In this document: positions 15,607-25,400 of the stretch, piece after piece | How positions within the stretch are numbered: position 1 is the stretch's first letter | Layout: each line of letters opens with the position of its first letter | From: a virus | DNA: 51,545 nt | Virus record (IMG/VR): IMGVR_UViG_3300045988_024116 | Location: 1-51,545 of that record | Strand: one strand, 5' to 3' | Notes under the pieces: generated by a model | The model's input: the letters and a program-made list of their open reading frames with translations, nothing else | Databases searched by the model: none | What the model was told of the DNA's origin: nothing | Made by a program: the position numbers and the translations under genes

Positions 15607-17660
15607 AGGTTCTAACCGAAGACTGTGACAAGCTGCCTGTTCTTGCACAGATTCTTCTTAGGCGGGCGCTCGTGGTGTCCGGCCTTTCAGAGGACGTGCA
15701 TGTCGAAATCACTGATGACGTGAACGATGACGACATTAAGATCACCCTCGGCACAGTCAAGGGTTACAAGGGTAAGGCGTACAAGACGCTCTCACCTAAG
15801 CAGATCGTCACTAACCCGCAGGCTGGTCTGTTCCTCGCTCAGGCATTGCAATATGCTTACCTTGGTGCAGAGCAGCTTGGTCTGAAGCAAGGCGAAGATT
15901 GGGTGATTTGGGAGGGCGAGGACATCACGTTCAAGCCGGGCACACTGATTGCACTCGATATCGAGTCCGCAGGTGACATTGACGAAGACACTTTTGCTGC
16001 TGGCCGTATCCTGTCTATCGCCCTGTGGAACGGCAAGTTTGGTGTCGTTATCCCAGAAGAACTCGCTGAGACCGACAAGGCGGCAGAGCTTATCAAGCGA
16101 CTGTGCGACACCTGCACTGTCATCTGTCACAACGGCACGTTCGATATGCCCTACCTGTCGAAGCGCTTGGGTATCCGTGTGTACCATCATGAGGACACGC
16201 TGCTCATGCACTTCGTGCTCGACAACCTGGCCGGTGAGCATGGCTTGAAGCCTCTTGCTCGCCGCTGGTTGCGTGCTGAAGACTGGGACTCTGACGCTAA
16301 ATCCTACCTGAAGGGTGGAGCGTACTTCGAGAACATTCCCCGTGAAAAGCTCTATGAGTACAACTTGATGGACGTTGTATGGACCCACAAACTGTACGAA
16401 TATTTCCTTCCGATGCTCAAGAACAGCGGAAAGTATGACTATTACCGCTACCGTATGCAAGTTACGAGGGTTCTCAACGATGTGCAGATGAACGGCGTTG
16501 CAGTCTCACTCGATGCTCTTGACGAGCTTGAGAAGAAGTACCAGGAACAGTGTGACAAGTCGCTTGTGACGCTACGTGAACACGCAGGTGGGGACTTCAA
16601 CCCCCAGTCACCGAAGCAGATCAAGGACTACTTCACTTCTAAGGGTGTGTCGTCCCCGTCGTTCGACAGTGACCACCTGAAGAAACTGCGACGCGAAGGC
16701 AAGGAGACTGAGTTTATCGACGCTCTGCTTGCCTACCGCTACGCTGCTAAGGTGATTGGGAGCTTTATTACTAACGTGCGCCGGAAGGTCGGTGAGGATG
16801 GACGTATCCACCCGTACTACCTTCCTCACGGTGCTAAGACTGGTCGCCTCTCGGCTAAAGGTCCGGCGATTCAGACGATGGGGCGCGACAGTGGCATCAA
16901 GCGTGCCCTTGTCGCTGCGCCTGGGTGCAAGATCATCTCGTGTGACTACTCGCAGGCTGAGCTACGTACTGTCGCTGAGCTTGCCGACGACAAGGCCATG
17001 ATTGCTGCCTTCCAGCCGGGTGCGCCGGACTTCTTCGATGACCTGATGACGAAAATCTGGCCCGAAGAGTTCCCGACAATCGAAGCATACGAGGCGTTCA
17101 AGCACGAACAGCCAAAGACTGCTAAGAACAGGCGCGCACTGGTCAAGAGTGTGGTGTACGGCCTCAACTATGGCCGTGGTGTTGCCGCTATTGCGACAGC
17201 TCTTGAACAGCCATTTGAAACTGCGCAGCACGTTGTTGATCAATACCTCGGTGCCTACCCAGGACTTCGAGACTGGCAGGCACGAGTACGCTACAGCGTC
17301 GGACGGAAGGAAGAAGACAACGAACGTAAAACCAAGTTCGGCCTCACGTTCAACCCCCTGTTTGTGTCGGATAACAACTACAGTTCGACGCAGAACGAAG
17401 CACTTGCATTTGTTCCACAGTCCACTGCGAACGACATTTGCCTGAACGCAGCAATCAAGATCAATGAACAGGTTGGTCAATACAGCGCTAAGCTGATTGG
17501 TCTCGTCCATGACGCTACCTACGTCGAGTGCCCAGAAGAAACCATCGAAGAGTGCTCGAAGATGATGGAGCGCGAAATGGCTAAGGCAGCAACACTCGTC
17601 TTTGATCGCGTGCCATTTGCCGCTGAAGCTGAAGTCGGAAACAACTGGGAGGAAGTGTGA
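15603..17660 (+). CDS. Family A DNA polymerase with a 3'-5' exonuclease domain
   Basis: Exo I ALDIESAG; Pol motif A DYSQAELR; motif B RRALVKSVVYGLNYG; motif C LVHDA. Confidence 0.85.
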   Translation: MKVLTEDCDKLPVLAQILLRRALVVSGLSEDVHVEITDDVNDDDIKITLGTVKGYKGKAYKTLSPKQIVTNPQAGLFLAQALQYAYLGAEQLGLKQGEDWVIWEGEDITFKPGTLIALDIESAGDIDEDTFAAGRILSIALWNGKFGVVIPEELAETDKAAELIKRLCDTCTVICHNGTFDMPYLSKRLGIRVYHHEDTLLMHFVLDNLAGEHGLKPLARRWLRAEDWDSDAKSYLKGGAYFENIPREKLYEYNLMDVVWTHKLYEYFLPMLKNSGKYDYYRYRMQVTRVLNDVQMNGVAVSLDALDELEKKYQEQCDKSLVTLREHAGGDFNPQSPKQIKDYFTSKGVSSPSFDSDHLKKLRREGKETEFIDALLAYRYAAKVIGSFITNVRRKVGEDGRIHPYYLPHGAKTGRLSAKGPAIQTMGRDSGIKRALVAAPGCKIISCDYSQAELRTVAELADDKAMIAAFQPGAPDFFDDLMTKIWPEEFPTIEAYEAFKHEQPKTAKNRRALVKSVVYGLNYGRGVAAIATALEQPFETAQHVVDQYLGAYPGLRDWQARVRYSVGRKEEDNERKTKFGLTFNPLFVSDNNYSSTQNEALAFVPQSTANDICLNAAIKINEQVGQYSAKLIGLVHDATYVECPEETIEECSKMMEREMAKAATLVFDRVPFAAEAEVGNNWEEV

Positions 17661-17950
17661 CAGACTACAAGCGGGCACCCTGTAGTGGAGCACCAACCGA
17701 ATGGTTCTACGACACGACACTCTACGAAACAGTCGTGAGAGCTTTCTGTAATGAGTGCCCCATCAAGGAACAATGCCTTCAAGACTGCCTGATAGCAGAA
17801 GAAACACCAATCGACGGCAAAAAGTTCCGCTCTGGTGTTTTTGGTGGCCTCTCACCGACAGGCCGAAACAGGCTCATGGGTACCGGGTATGCGGTCATCA
17901 CCGAAAACTGGATGGAGGAAGATAATGACGACGACAGTAATAGCAATTGA
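17657..17950 (+). CDS. whiB: WhiB-family Fe-S transcription factor
   Basis: Cys pattern C-x21-C-x2-C-x5-C (APCSG...FCNECPIKEQC). Confidence 0.75.
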   Translation: MTDYKRAPCSGAPTEWFYDTTLYETVVRAFCNECPIKEQCLQDCLIAEETPIDGKKFRSGVFGGLSPTGRNRLMGTGYAVITENWMEEDNDDDSNSN

Positions 17951-18389
17951 CCCCGGTGTGAACACCGGCCTCGTTGTGGCACGTGTTGAAGAAGAGGTGG
18001 AGATTCTACACTTCGACCAGTTCATTTGCTCGACACATACCGAAACGGCAGAACTCATCAAGCACTACCTTGACGAGTACCCTCAAGCCGTTGTCGTGGC
18101 TGAGCAGTTCGACCTGAGACCCAGCAACAAGTTCACCGCAGACCTTACCCCCGTGAAGGTCAACGCAATCCTTGACTGGTTTGTCGATGACATCCACTAC
18201 CAGACACCGGCACAGGCCAAGGGGCTGGTTAAGGACGCGACACTGAAGAATCTGGGGTGGTGGCTCACAGGGAAAGATGTGAGCTACAAGGACGCTAACG
18301 ATGTCCGTGATGCCTTCCGGCACCTCGTGTACTACCTGGTTCACGAGCTGAAGCACAAGTGGACACTCGACAACGGGTGGCCGAGATAG
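17925..18389 (+). CDS. RuvC-like Holliday junction resolvase
   Basis: The track ORF is 17835..18389. ATG 17925 follows ggaggaag. N-terminal VIAIDPGVNTG and VVAEQF acidic motifs. Confidence 0.65.
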   Translation: MTTTVIAIDPGVNTGLVVARVEEEVEILHFDQFICSTHTETAELIKHYLDEYPQAVVVAEQFDLRPSNKFTADLTPVKVNAILDWFVDDIHYQTPAQAKGLVKDATLKNLGWWLTGKDVSYKDANDVRDAFRHLVYYLVHELKHKWTLDNGWPR

Positions 18390-18390
18390 C

Positions 18391-18434
18391 GAAAACCCCT
18401 CTGCTAGGAAAGGAGAACTAGCAGAGGGGTTTTC
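18391..18434. terminator. Bidirectional intrinsic terminator at the convergence of the two arms
   Basis: 17-bp perfect stem gaaaacccctctgctag/ctagcagaggggttttc with a 10-nt loop; A-run and T-run at the stem ends. Confidence 0.85.
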
Positions 18435-18496
18435 TGTGCCACACCCAACAAGCAAACACACGGAGGTGGTTGATTGTCACCGACTAGTATAGCATA

Positions 18497-19177
18497 TCAG
18501 CCGATCTTTGCGGCACCAACTACCAGGCCACCCCAACCGACGTTAGCGCCTGTCGAACAAGCGATCTTGACCGCAACCGCAACGCTCTTGTTAGGCGTGT
18601 TAGCGTAGTACGGAATGGGACTGCCCGTGAACAAGAAGCAACTTTCCGGCCTGTATGTGTTCATGGCACCGACGTTCTTGTACGGAGCACCCGCGACAGA
18701 GCAGAAAAGGTCAATGTTCGCGTTGACAGCACCAGCCGTAGAATCGTTAGCGATAGTGACATGGGATGTGATTAGCCAAACACCCTTCTTTGGCAGCATA
18801 ATGTTCTGGCTAATCACCGCATTAGCACCATTCACACCATAGCGGTACCACGTACCAAAGGCACGGTTGTCGTTAACGTAATCGACTTCAATATCACCAC
18901 CGCTGACCTTCGTCAGCTGACCATTAGTGTTGATAAGGAACTCGCCAGTGTCCTTACGGTAAACAAGCACATCAAACTGTCCCGCACTAGCCTTACGAAT
19001 AGCGGCCAGCTTAGTGTCATAATCGCTCGCGTTATTAGCAATAATGACACGGCCCTTTTGCAGACCCTTCACAACATCCGATACGGAGTTGAAACCAAGA
19101 TTCATAAACACCGGCCACGACTGCACAATATCACTGTCGCTGTAATTCCAGATGCCCTGATCGTTAATCGTACCCAT
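18497..19177 (-). CDS. Tail fibre or receptor-binding-type protein (last gene of the tail module)
   Basis: ORF track entry (226 aa). Called from its position downstream of the Dit/Tal-like genes; no diagnostic motif. Confidence 0.4.
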   Translation of the reverse strand: MGTINDQGIWNYSDSDIVQSWPVFMNLGFNSVSDVVKGLQKGRVIIANNASDYDTKLAAIRKASAGQFDVLVYRKDTGEFLINTNGQLTKVSGGDIEVDYVNDNRAFGTWYRYGVNGANAVISQNIMLPKKGVWLITSHVTIANDSTAGAVNANIDLFCSVAGAPYKNVGAMNTYRPESCFLFTGSPIPYYANTPNKSVAVAVKIACSTGANVGWGGLVVGAAKIG

Positions 19178-19178
19178 G

Positions 19179-19787
19179 TTAGTACCTCACTCCCGAGAGT
19201 TGGACAGACAAGTGCGCCTGCCCATTGTAATTGTCAATGTAACCAGGCTGTCCAAGCAACCCTTGAAACCCAATAAACGCATAGCCATACTGGAAGTTAT
19301 CGAAATCAACAACCATCGTAAACGACAACGAACAAGACAAGGCATAGCGAGTCGAGTTATTCTGACGCTCGAAAATCGAGTTAGCGTGGCTAACCAGTTT
19401 TCGCTCACGCATCTGGTTATCGCGCACACCGACGACAGCCTGGGGGTGCGTGTAGTTAGAAAGGTCAATCTCATTCGTTGGCAAGTAGAGATAACCTGTG
19501 ATTGACAACTGCATGAATGAACCAGAATAACCCCAGTCAAGGGGAAGTGTCCACAAGTCCTCATACGCACCAATACCGGGCCTCGCACCCGGCTGTTCAA
19601 TGAACAACTCATGGTAGAACGGCTGGGCAACACCGTTCGCAGCACGTGTCGAAGTCAAGGCACTAACAGCGTCATAAGAATTACTAACCTTGCTCTTCAT
19701 CAAGGTCATGTCATTCTCAAGATACGCTACGCGCCTGTCGATGTCACTTCCCCATGCCTGGGATGGGGTCGGCAGATTGTGCTTCAC
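19179..19787 (-). CDS. Tail tip or fibre-associated protein
   Basis: ORF track entry (202 aa). GTG start preceded by aaaggag; N-terminal coiled-coil-like segment. Confidence 0.4.
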   Translation of the reverse strand: MKHNLPTPSQAWGSDIDRRVAYLENDMTLMKSKVSNSYDAVSALTSTRAANGVAQPFYHELFIEQPGARPGIGAYEDLWTLPLDWGYSGSFMQLSITGYLYLPTNEIDLSNYTHPQAVVGVRDNQMRERKLVSHANSIFERQNNSTRYALSCSLSFTMVVDFDNFQYGYAFIGFQGLLGQPGYIDNYNGQAHLSVQLSGVRY

Positions 19788-21543
19788 TATGCGTCACTCC
19801 TTTCAACGTCAGCTCTCGAAGCGTAATACCAGCCTCAAGAGGATAATCCGCAACTCGTGGCCTATCGAATATTGTAGCAACATCCGACACCTGAGTAAGC
19901 GCTTCACAAGAGGCTTTCACACTCGACTCATCATACGAAGCTGACTTGATATGCCACGTAAAGCGGTCATACACCGCTGTCGTCCCAGCAATGCGCCCAA
20001 ACACCTGCTGATTCGACACCACAGGCTTGTTCTTCGTGAACTCCAACAAGTCGTCCATGATCTTCTTCATGGTCGTACCTTGCGGCCACTTCTCAGCAGC
20101 CTTCTCCGGCAATGGTGCACCCGTAAAGGCATCGACATCGGACAAGTACACAGGTTCACGCTCGAAGTCATATACAACATCCGTGTATGACTCGTGCATC
20201 GGAACAGTGCCAGTCCAATCCATCTCAGCAGAATAGCCAAACGCGCTCTGAGCCTTATACACACAAGCCTCGTACGCCTGGGTCTTAGTCGTTAGGTTCA
20301 TGCTGTCGATCTTCACAGCATCCGTCTTGTACGGGTAGCCTGTGTAGAACGTAAACGTCTCCTGATCACACAGGTAAGCGTGCCCGTAAATACGCAGTGT
20401 GCTGTAGTCAGTCTGACCGTCCGACTCGGCAATACGGTAAGGGGCTAGACGCTCATTCGACATGCCCGTCACAGTCACTTTGATCTGGTTCGCCTCGTCA
20501 CCTTTCTCGATATGGAGCGAACCACCCTCGGCATACCACTGAGCGGGTGTAATCGGCTTGTTATCCTTACCAACGACGGAATACACAGAACGAGCGAAGT
20601 AGACCTGATTGTTAGCGCGAGTCCTAATGTTGAAGTCCGTGCCAACCTCGTTAGGCATCACGCACTCAGGCTGGGAATACAGGTAATCAATCGTCCCTTG
20701 AATCTCAAGCACAAACTCTTTAGTCTCGCCAGACTCGACTGACAAAACCTCAGCAGCCTTAATGGACTCCACTGTCGTCTTGTTGTTAGACGGCTGTGGG
20801 TGGATAAGGCTAATGCGATCTTCGCCTGGAACAGTAGGACGAGTACCACCAATATTGCCAGACTTGTAATCAGAGGACGAGGCGTGAACGACAGGTGGGT
20901 AATAAGTACACTCAATATGCGAGAAAGGCTCACCAATAGCCCACTGAATAGAATAGTCTACAGTAGAGCCTTGGAACCTCGTAAGAACAGTGTGGTTCTC
21001 AAACAGCACAATCGTGTCATAAACCCACGTAATCTGATAATTGTTAGCAGACAAGAAGCTCTTGAGAATAGTCCACAAATTACCCTTACCGCCAACAAAA
21101 TCGTACGTTTTAGTTGCAATAGTGGTCTTAGGTGTAATAAATGGATTACGTTCATTAGCAGTCGGCTTAGCGACATACACCTTTGGAGACTCGACACCCG
21201 CAGCCTTAAACACCTGCGCAATAACCTTGTCCATCGTCACGGCCTGAAGGTGCTTAACCTCGGCAGATACGTCAAGGCGATAAAAAGGGTCATTCAGCGT
21301 AGCAGACCAGGACCACGGGGTGTTCGTAATTGACCGGACAAATGCGTGAGTACGGCCAAAGACAGGGCTGTCGAGCCTAATCTCCTTCGTCATCACATCA
21401 GCGGCCTCCACATAACCAGCACCCTCCAACGAATACTCAGAGAAGCCACCCGTCGTTGAATCACGGTCAAGCGACACAGCATCCTCAACGACAGACCAAC
21501 CAGTCAGCTTGTTATTGGGAAACCCGATAGCTTGCATCACCAC
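19744..21543 (-). CDS. Tail-associated (Tal-like) baseplate protein
   Basis: 599 aa, directly after the Dit-like gene and the tape measure. Called from synteny. Confidence 0.55.
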   Translation of the reverse strand: MVMQAIGFPNNKLTGWSVVEDAVSLDRDSTTGGFSEYSLEGAGYVEAADVMTKEIRLDSPVFGRTHAFVRSITNTPWSWSATLNDPFYRLDVSAEVKHLQAVTMDKVIAQVFKAAGVESPKVYVAKPTANERNPFITPKTTIATKTYDFVGGKGNLWTILKSFLSANNYQITWVYDTIVLFENHTVLTRFQGSTVDYSIQWAIGEPFSHIECTYYPPVVHASSSDYKSGNIGGTRPTVPGEDRISLIHPQPSNNKTTVESIKAAEVLSVESGETKEFVLEIQGTIDYLYSQPECVMPNEVGTDFNIRTRANNQVYFARSVYSVVGKDNKPITPAQWYAEGGSLHIEKGDEANQIKVTVTGMSNERLAPYRIAESDGQTDYSTLRIYGHAYLCDQETFTFYTGYPYKTDAVKIDSMNLTTKTQAYEACVYKAQSAFGYSAEMDWTGTVPMHESYTDVVYDFEREPVYLSDVDAFTGAPLPEKAAEKWPQGTTMKKIMDDLLEFTKNKPVVSNQQVFGRIAGTTAVYDRFTWHIKSASYDESSVKASCEALTQVSDVATIFDRPRVADYPLEAGITLRELTLKGVTHSEAQSADPIPGMGK

Positions 21544-22460
21544 GAGTAAACCTCTTCCAACGTAACAGATGCGGTGTAATGACCGCGATAGTTGTTCACA
21601 GTCACAACACTAGCTGAACCAGGCACAACCTGAAGGTTCCCACCACCGGACGGGTATGCAAACTCATACAGGTTAACAGCTGTGTCGATGTGAGTGTCCT
21701 CGGGCACGATCTGCAACATAGCCCAGTCGAGAGCACCCTCACCCTGTGGAATAATCGACACCTCCCACAGAGCTGGGTAAAAAGCGCGCACCTGGTTCTT
21801 GTTAAAAGAACTAACAGTGTTGCGACCATCAAGACTACGGAACCTGAACGAGAACGGCTGCTTACCGTCTTCCGGTCCAGATGACAAAAACACGCCCGTA
21901 TGGCCTTCAGGAATAAGAACACGCTCAGTGTACTGACCAACCTTCGACAAAGCCAGAGACACCTGCCGCCCATTCAGGCGATCAACCTCGTGCTGGAACT
22001 TGTTATTCGTCTGAAGAACACCGCCCTTCAGCACGACACCAGGGTGTCCAGACTGAGAGTTGTTAGCCTTCGTGGGGAATAGTGCTTGCTTACCCCAGTC
22101 ATTAAACGCAAACGGTGAACCAACATGGTAATGCAAGTACGGCAAACCCATCAAAGGCGACAAAACGTTCTTCATCGAGAACGGGTCCAGATACGTCACC
22201 CACTCGCCCGTCCTGTTCATAAACAGCTCACGGAACGTATTAGCCTGCTCACGATTCAAGAACGACCACGACAACTCATAATGCCTACCACCATACACAG
22301 AACCGCCCATGTAGGCGAGACCATTCAAGAGGCGCTGCGAGTCGCCCGAATGAACATTAGTCGAAACGGGCGACTCATCCGGTGCCGGAAACCACTTGAT
22401 AATGTCGTTACCAACGCCAAAACAAACCTCGCGGGTTGCGCAACCCCTAGTAGACACCAC
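21537..22460 (-). CDS. Distal tail protein (Dit-like)
   Basis: 307 aa, immediately downstream of the tape measure. Called from synteny. Confidence 0.55.
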   Translation of the reverse strand: MVSTRGCATREVCFGVGNDIIKWFPAPDESPVSTNVHSGDSQRLLNGLAYMGGSVYGGRHYELSWSFLNREQANTFRELFMNRTGEWVTYLDPFSMKNVLSPLMGLPYLHYHVGSPFAFNDWGKQALFPTKANNSQSGHPGVVLKGGVLQTNNKFQHEVDRLNGRQVSLALSKVGQYTERVLIPEGHTGVFLSSGPEDGKQPFSFRFRSLDGRNTVSSFNKNQVRAFYPALWEVSIIPQGEGALDWAMLQIVPEDTHIDTAVNLYEFAYPSGGGNLQVVPGSASVVTVNNYRGHYTASVTLEEVYSW

Positions 22461-25400
22461 GGTTACCTGTCCTCATATTCCCATTGTCGATGCTCTGGCT
22501 AATGGCACGACCATCAAGGACGACAGCCGTAGAAACAGCCTTCACCAACTGATTAAACTGTGCTGGGTTAATTGTAACAAGATCAGAGCTACCACCCATA
22601 GCATAGACACCGCCAGCCGACACAGGCACCTGCATCGTGTTCAAGGCGTTCATGAAGTTCTTGCCGTAGAAATCGACAGCGGGTTGAGAAATCACGTACT
22701 CACCACTACGGACACGGAACATGCCCTTACCGTCCGTAGCCATGAGGTTGTCGGCCTTCGGGTTAGCCGGAGGACGACCAGGCAACAAGCCACCACCCGC
22801 AAACCCAGGCAGAGAGTTCGCGCTCGACAGCAACCCACCTGTATACAGAGTTCCGATGTTCCTACCAGAACGGGTACGAACAGTGCGGTTCTGACTACCC
22901 AGCGGGTTCATCCGCGCAGCATTAAGCGCAGCGGCATAAGACGCTTCATCAATCTGGTACCTGACCCTGACGTTGATCTCACGGCTACTCGGCTGGACAG
23001 GAACAGTCACAGGGTCAGCGTGCAACGAATCAATGGCACCCTGTGTCGAAGCGACAGTGCCATTATCCGTCACATTTTCCTTCACATCACGAGGAACCTG
23101 CCCAATAGTCGAAGTCAAGCTATCGAAAGCGCCAGCAAGTTCAGTCACTTCACCCTGGTTGAACCCAAGCTGAGTAACCTGGTCAATAAACTGCTGCTTC
23201 AGCGATTGCGTGTACGCCTCAATCTCCTGTGTCGAATGACCAGCGGCAGCATACGCCTCAATCAAACCAATCATCTGAGACTGCAACGACCGCAAAGCCT
23301 CACGGTTAGCGATAGCCGCCTCCGTGTAGCCCTTCAGTGCAAACTGCCCAGCCTGAAGAGTTGCGATCTCCTTGTCGTTGTCCGCAATCTTCGTCTGGCC
23401 CTCATTGATCTTCTGCTTAGCCTCGTCAATATCAACCTGAGTAGACTGTGCACGCTCCGTGTCGCCGTACTTCACAGCGACAGCATGGAAGAACTCAGCA
23501 TCGTGCAATTCCTGCTGGTTCTTACGCATATCCGACGCAAGTTTCTCATTCTCCTTACGAAGATCAGAAACCTTCTTCGTCGTGCCCTCAACATCCTTCT
23601 TCAGGCTGTTCAAGCCCTTACGGTAATTGTCCTGAGCAGTCGTAGAACGCCACCACGAAGTCAACGCCTTATCGAGCGCAGACTTCAAGCGGCTAAGGAA
23701 GTCCTCGAAAAGCTCAGCAGCAGTCTTCGTTTCCTTCTTTGCACGGCCCGCACCGCCGCCTCCACCGGAACGAGGCGAACGGCCACCACCTCCACCACCG
23801 GAGCGAGAAGGCTTAGCCTTGAAGTTGTTGCTACTAAACGCCGATGCACCGTTGTTACGGTTAGCAAAGGTTGGCATACGAATCTTGGACTTCTGTCCCG
23901 GAGTGTACGAACCCTTACCCGTCTTAGACTTCGCACCACCAATCGCACCCATGTACGACTGGATGGAGTTCCAGATAGCCTGCACCTTGCCAAGGAAACC
24001 TTGAGCCTGCGACACAGCCTGAGCCGCATTATCAACCATCTGACCAAGCGACGCATCCGTAGCAGAATGGTCAACCTCGCCAGACTGGTACGGCTGGGCA
24101 ATAATCGCGGCCATAGTGTCTCGTTGCTGCTCGAACTGGCTCATGTCGAAGCCCTGGGCAGCAAGGAAGTCAATGGTGTCTTGAATCGAGTTCTGAGCGT
24201 ACTGGTACGCCTCTTCACCCGTATAGCCCATTTCCTCAATACCGGCCGCAGCAGCATTACCCATCTTCTCAAAGTAGTTCGAGATAGCTTGGATATTCGC
24301 CTGACCATCTGGGCTGTTCGGGTCCATCGACGTGCCGTGCTCCTGCATCGACTCGTACACCTGCTGCAACGACGAATCGAGAGCAGCAGCCGCGTCTGTC
24401 GAAGAGAACATTTCATCGAGCACAGAGCGGATAGCCTCTGCCATGCTATGAAACTCGCCCTTAGCGTCACCGATCTTCAGGCCAGCCCCTTCTGCTGCGT
24501 CGCCGGTCTCTTCAATACCTTGATTAAAGAGTGCAGCGTCATTTAGAGCGTCACGCATAGCGCCGCCGACACCCTCGGTCTTAGACTTCAGACCTTCTAG
24601 AGCTTCAATCTGCTGGTTGTACGGCTGAGCAGCTTCAGCACGCTTCTGGTTAGCAGCAGCATTGCCACCACCCGTACCATTCATGGTGCCGGTGTCAACA
24701 ATTGTGCTGTTAACAGCGTTAACAGCGTCAGCCTTGCGAGCCTTAATCTGGTCAATATAGCCATTCACGTAAGCATCAGCAGCCTTCTGACCACCACCCT
24801 GAGCCTCAGAGGTGGACGCGAGCTTGATGTACTTAGCATACGAGAAGCCCATATCGACAAGGGCCTGCTTAGTTTCCTTCGACATGTTCTTAAAGGCATC
24901 AGACCCCTGAACAGCATCCATAATCAATGCTTGGGTGTGCTCACCGATCTTCAAGGTCGAGAAGCCCATTGCCTCGGCCTGCTCGTGGGTAGCCTGAACA
25001 ACCTGACCGGACTTATCAATGTAGTAACCAAGCGCCTGGCCGTTAGAGGTGAGAACTTCACCATTCTGTTCAATCGCTGTGTTCAGCTCCATAAAGCCAG
25101 TCTGCGTGCCATTACCGACTTCCTTTGTATCCTGAGCTAAAGCGTTCAGAATAGCCGAAGAACCACCTACAGCGTTCTTAAACTCGTCAGCCTTAGCCGA
25201 CGACTCCTGGAAAGCATCACCCAAGTACGTAGCGCCGACAGACACGAGCGACAAGCCAGCCGAGATAGCAATACCCCACGGGCCACCAAACATAGCCATA
25301 AGGCCAGAGCCAACCGACGACAGCTTAGACAATGCGCCCACAGCTTGACCAGCGCCAGCAGCCACAGAAGCACCAGTAGAAACCGCAGACGCAGCAGCCT

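Noticed and set aside
6714-17720. Minus-strand ORFs of 200-340 aa inside the plus-strand replication genes (for example 6714..7556, 10275..11297, 14940..15648, 15792..16460 and 16962..17720)
   Set aside because: They overlap genes with clear helicase, deaminase, primase and polymerase motifs. They lack RBS motifs and have low-complexity or biased composition. Genes of this arm are otherwise strictly co-oriented.
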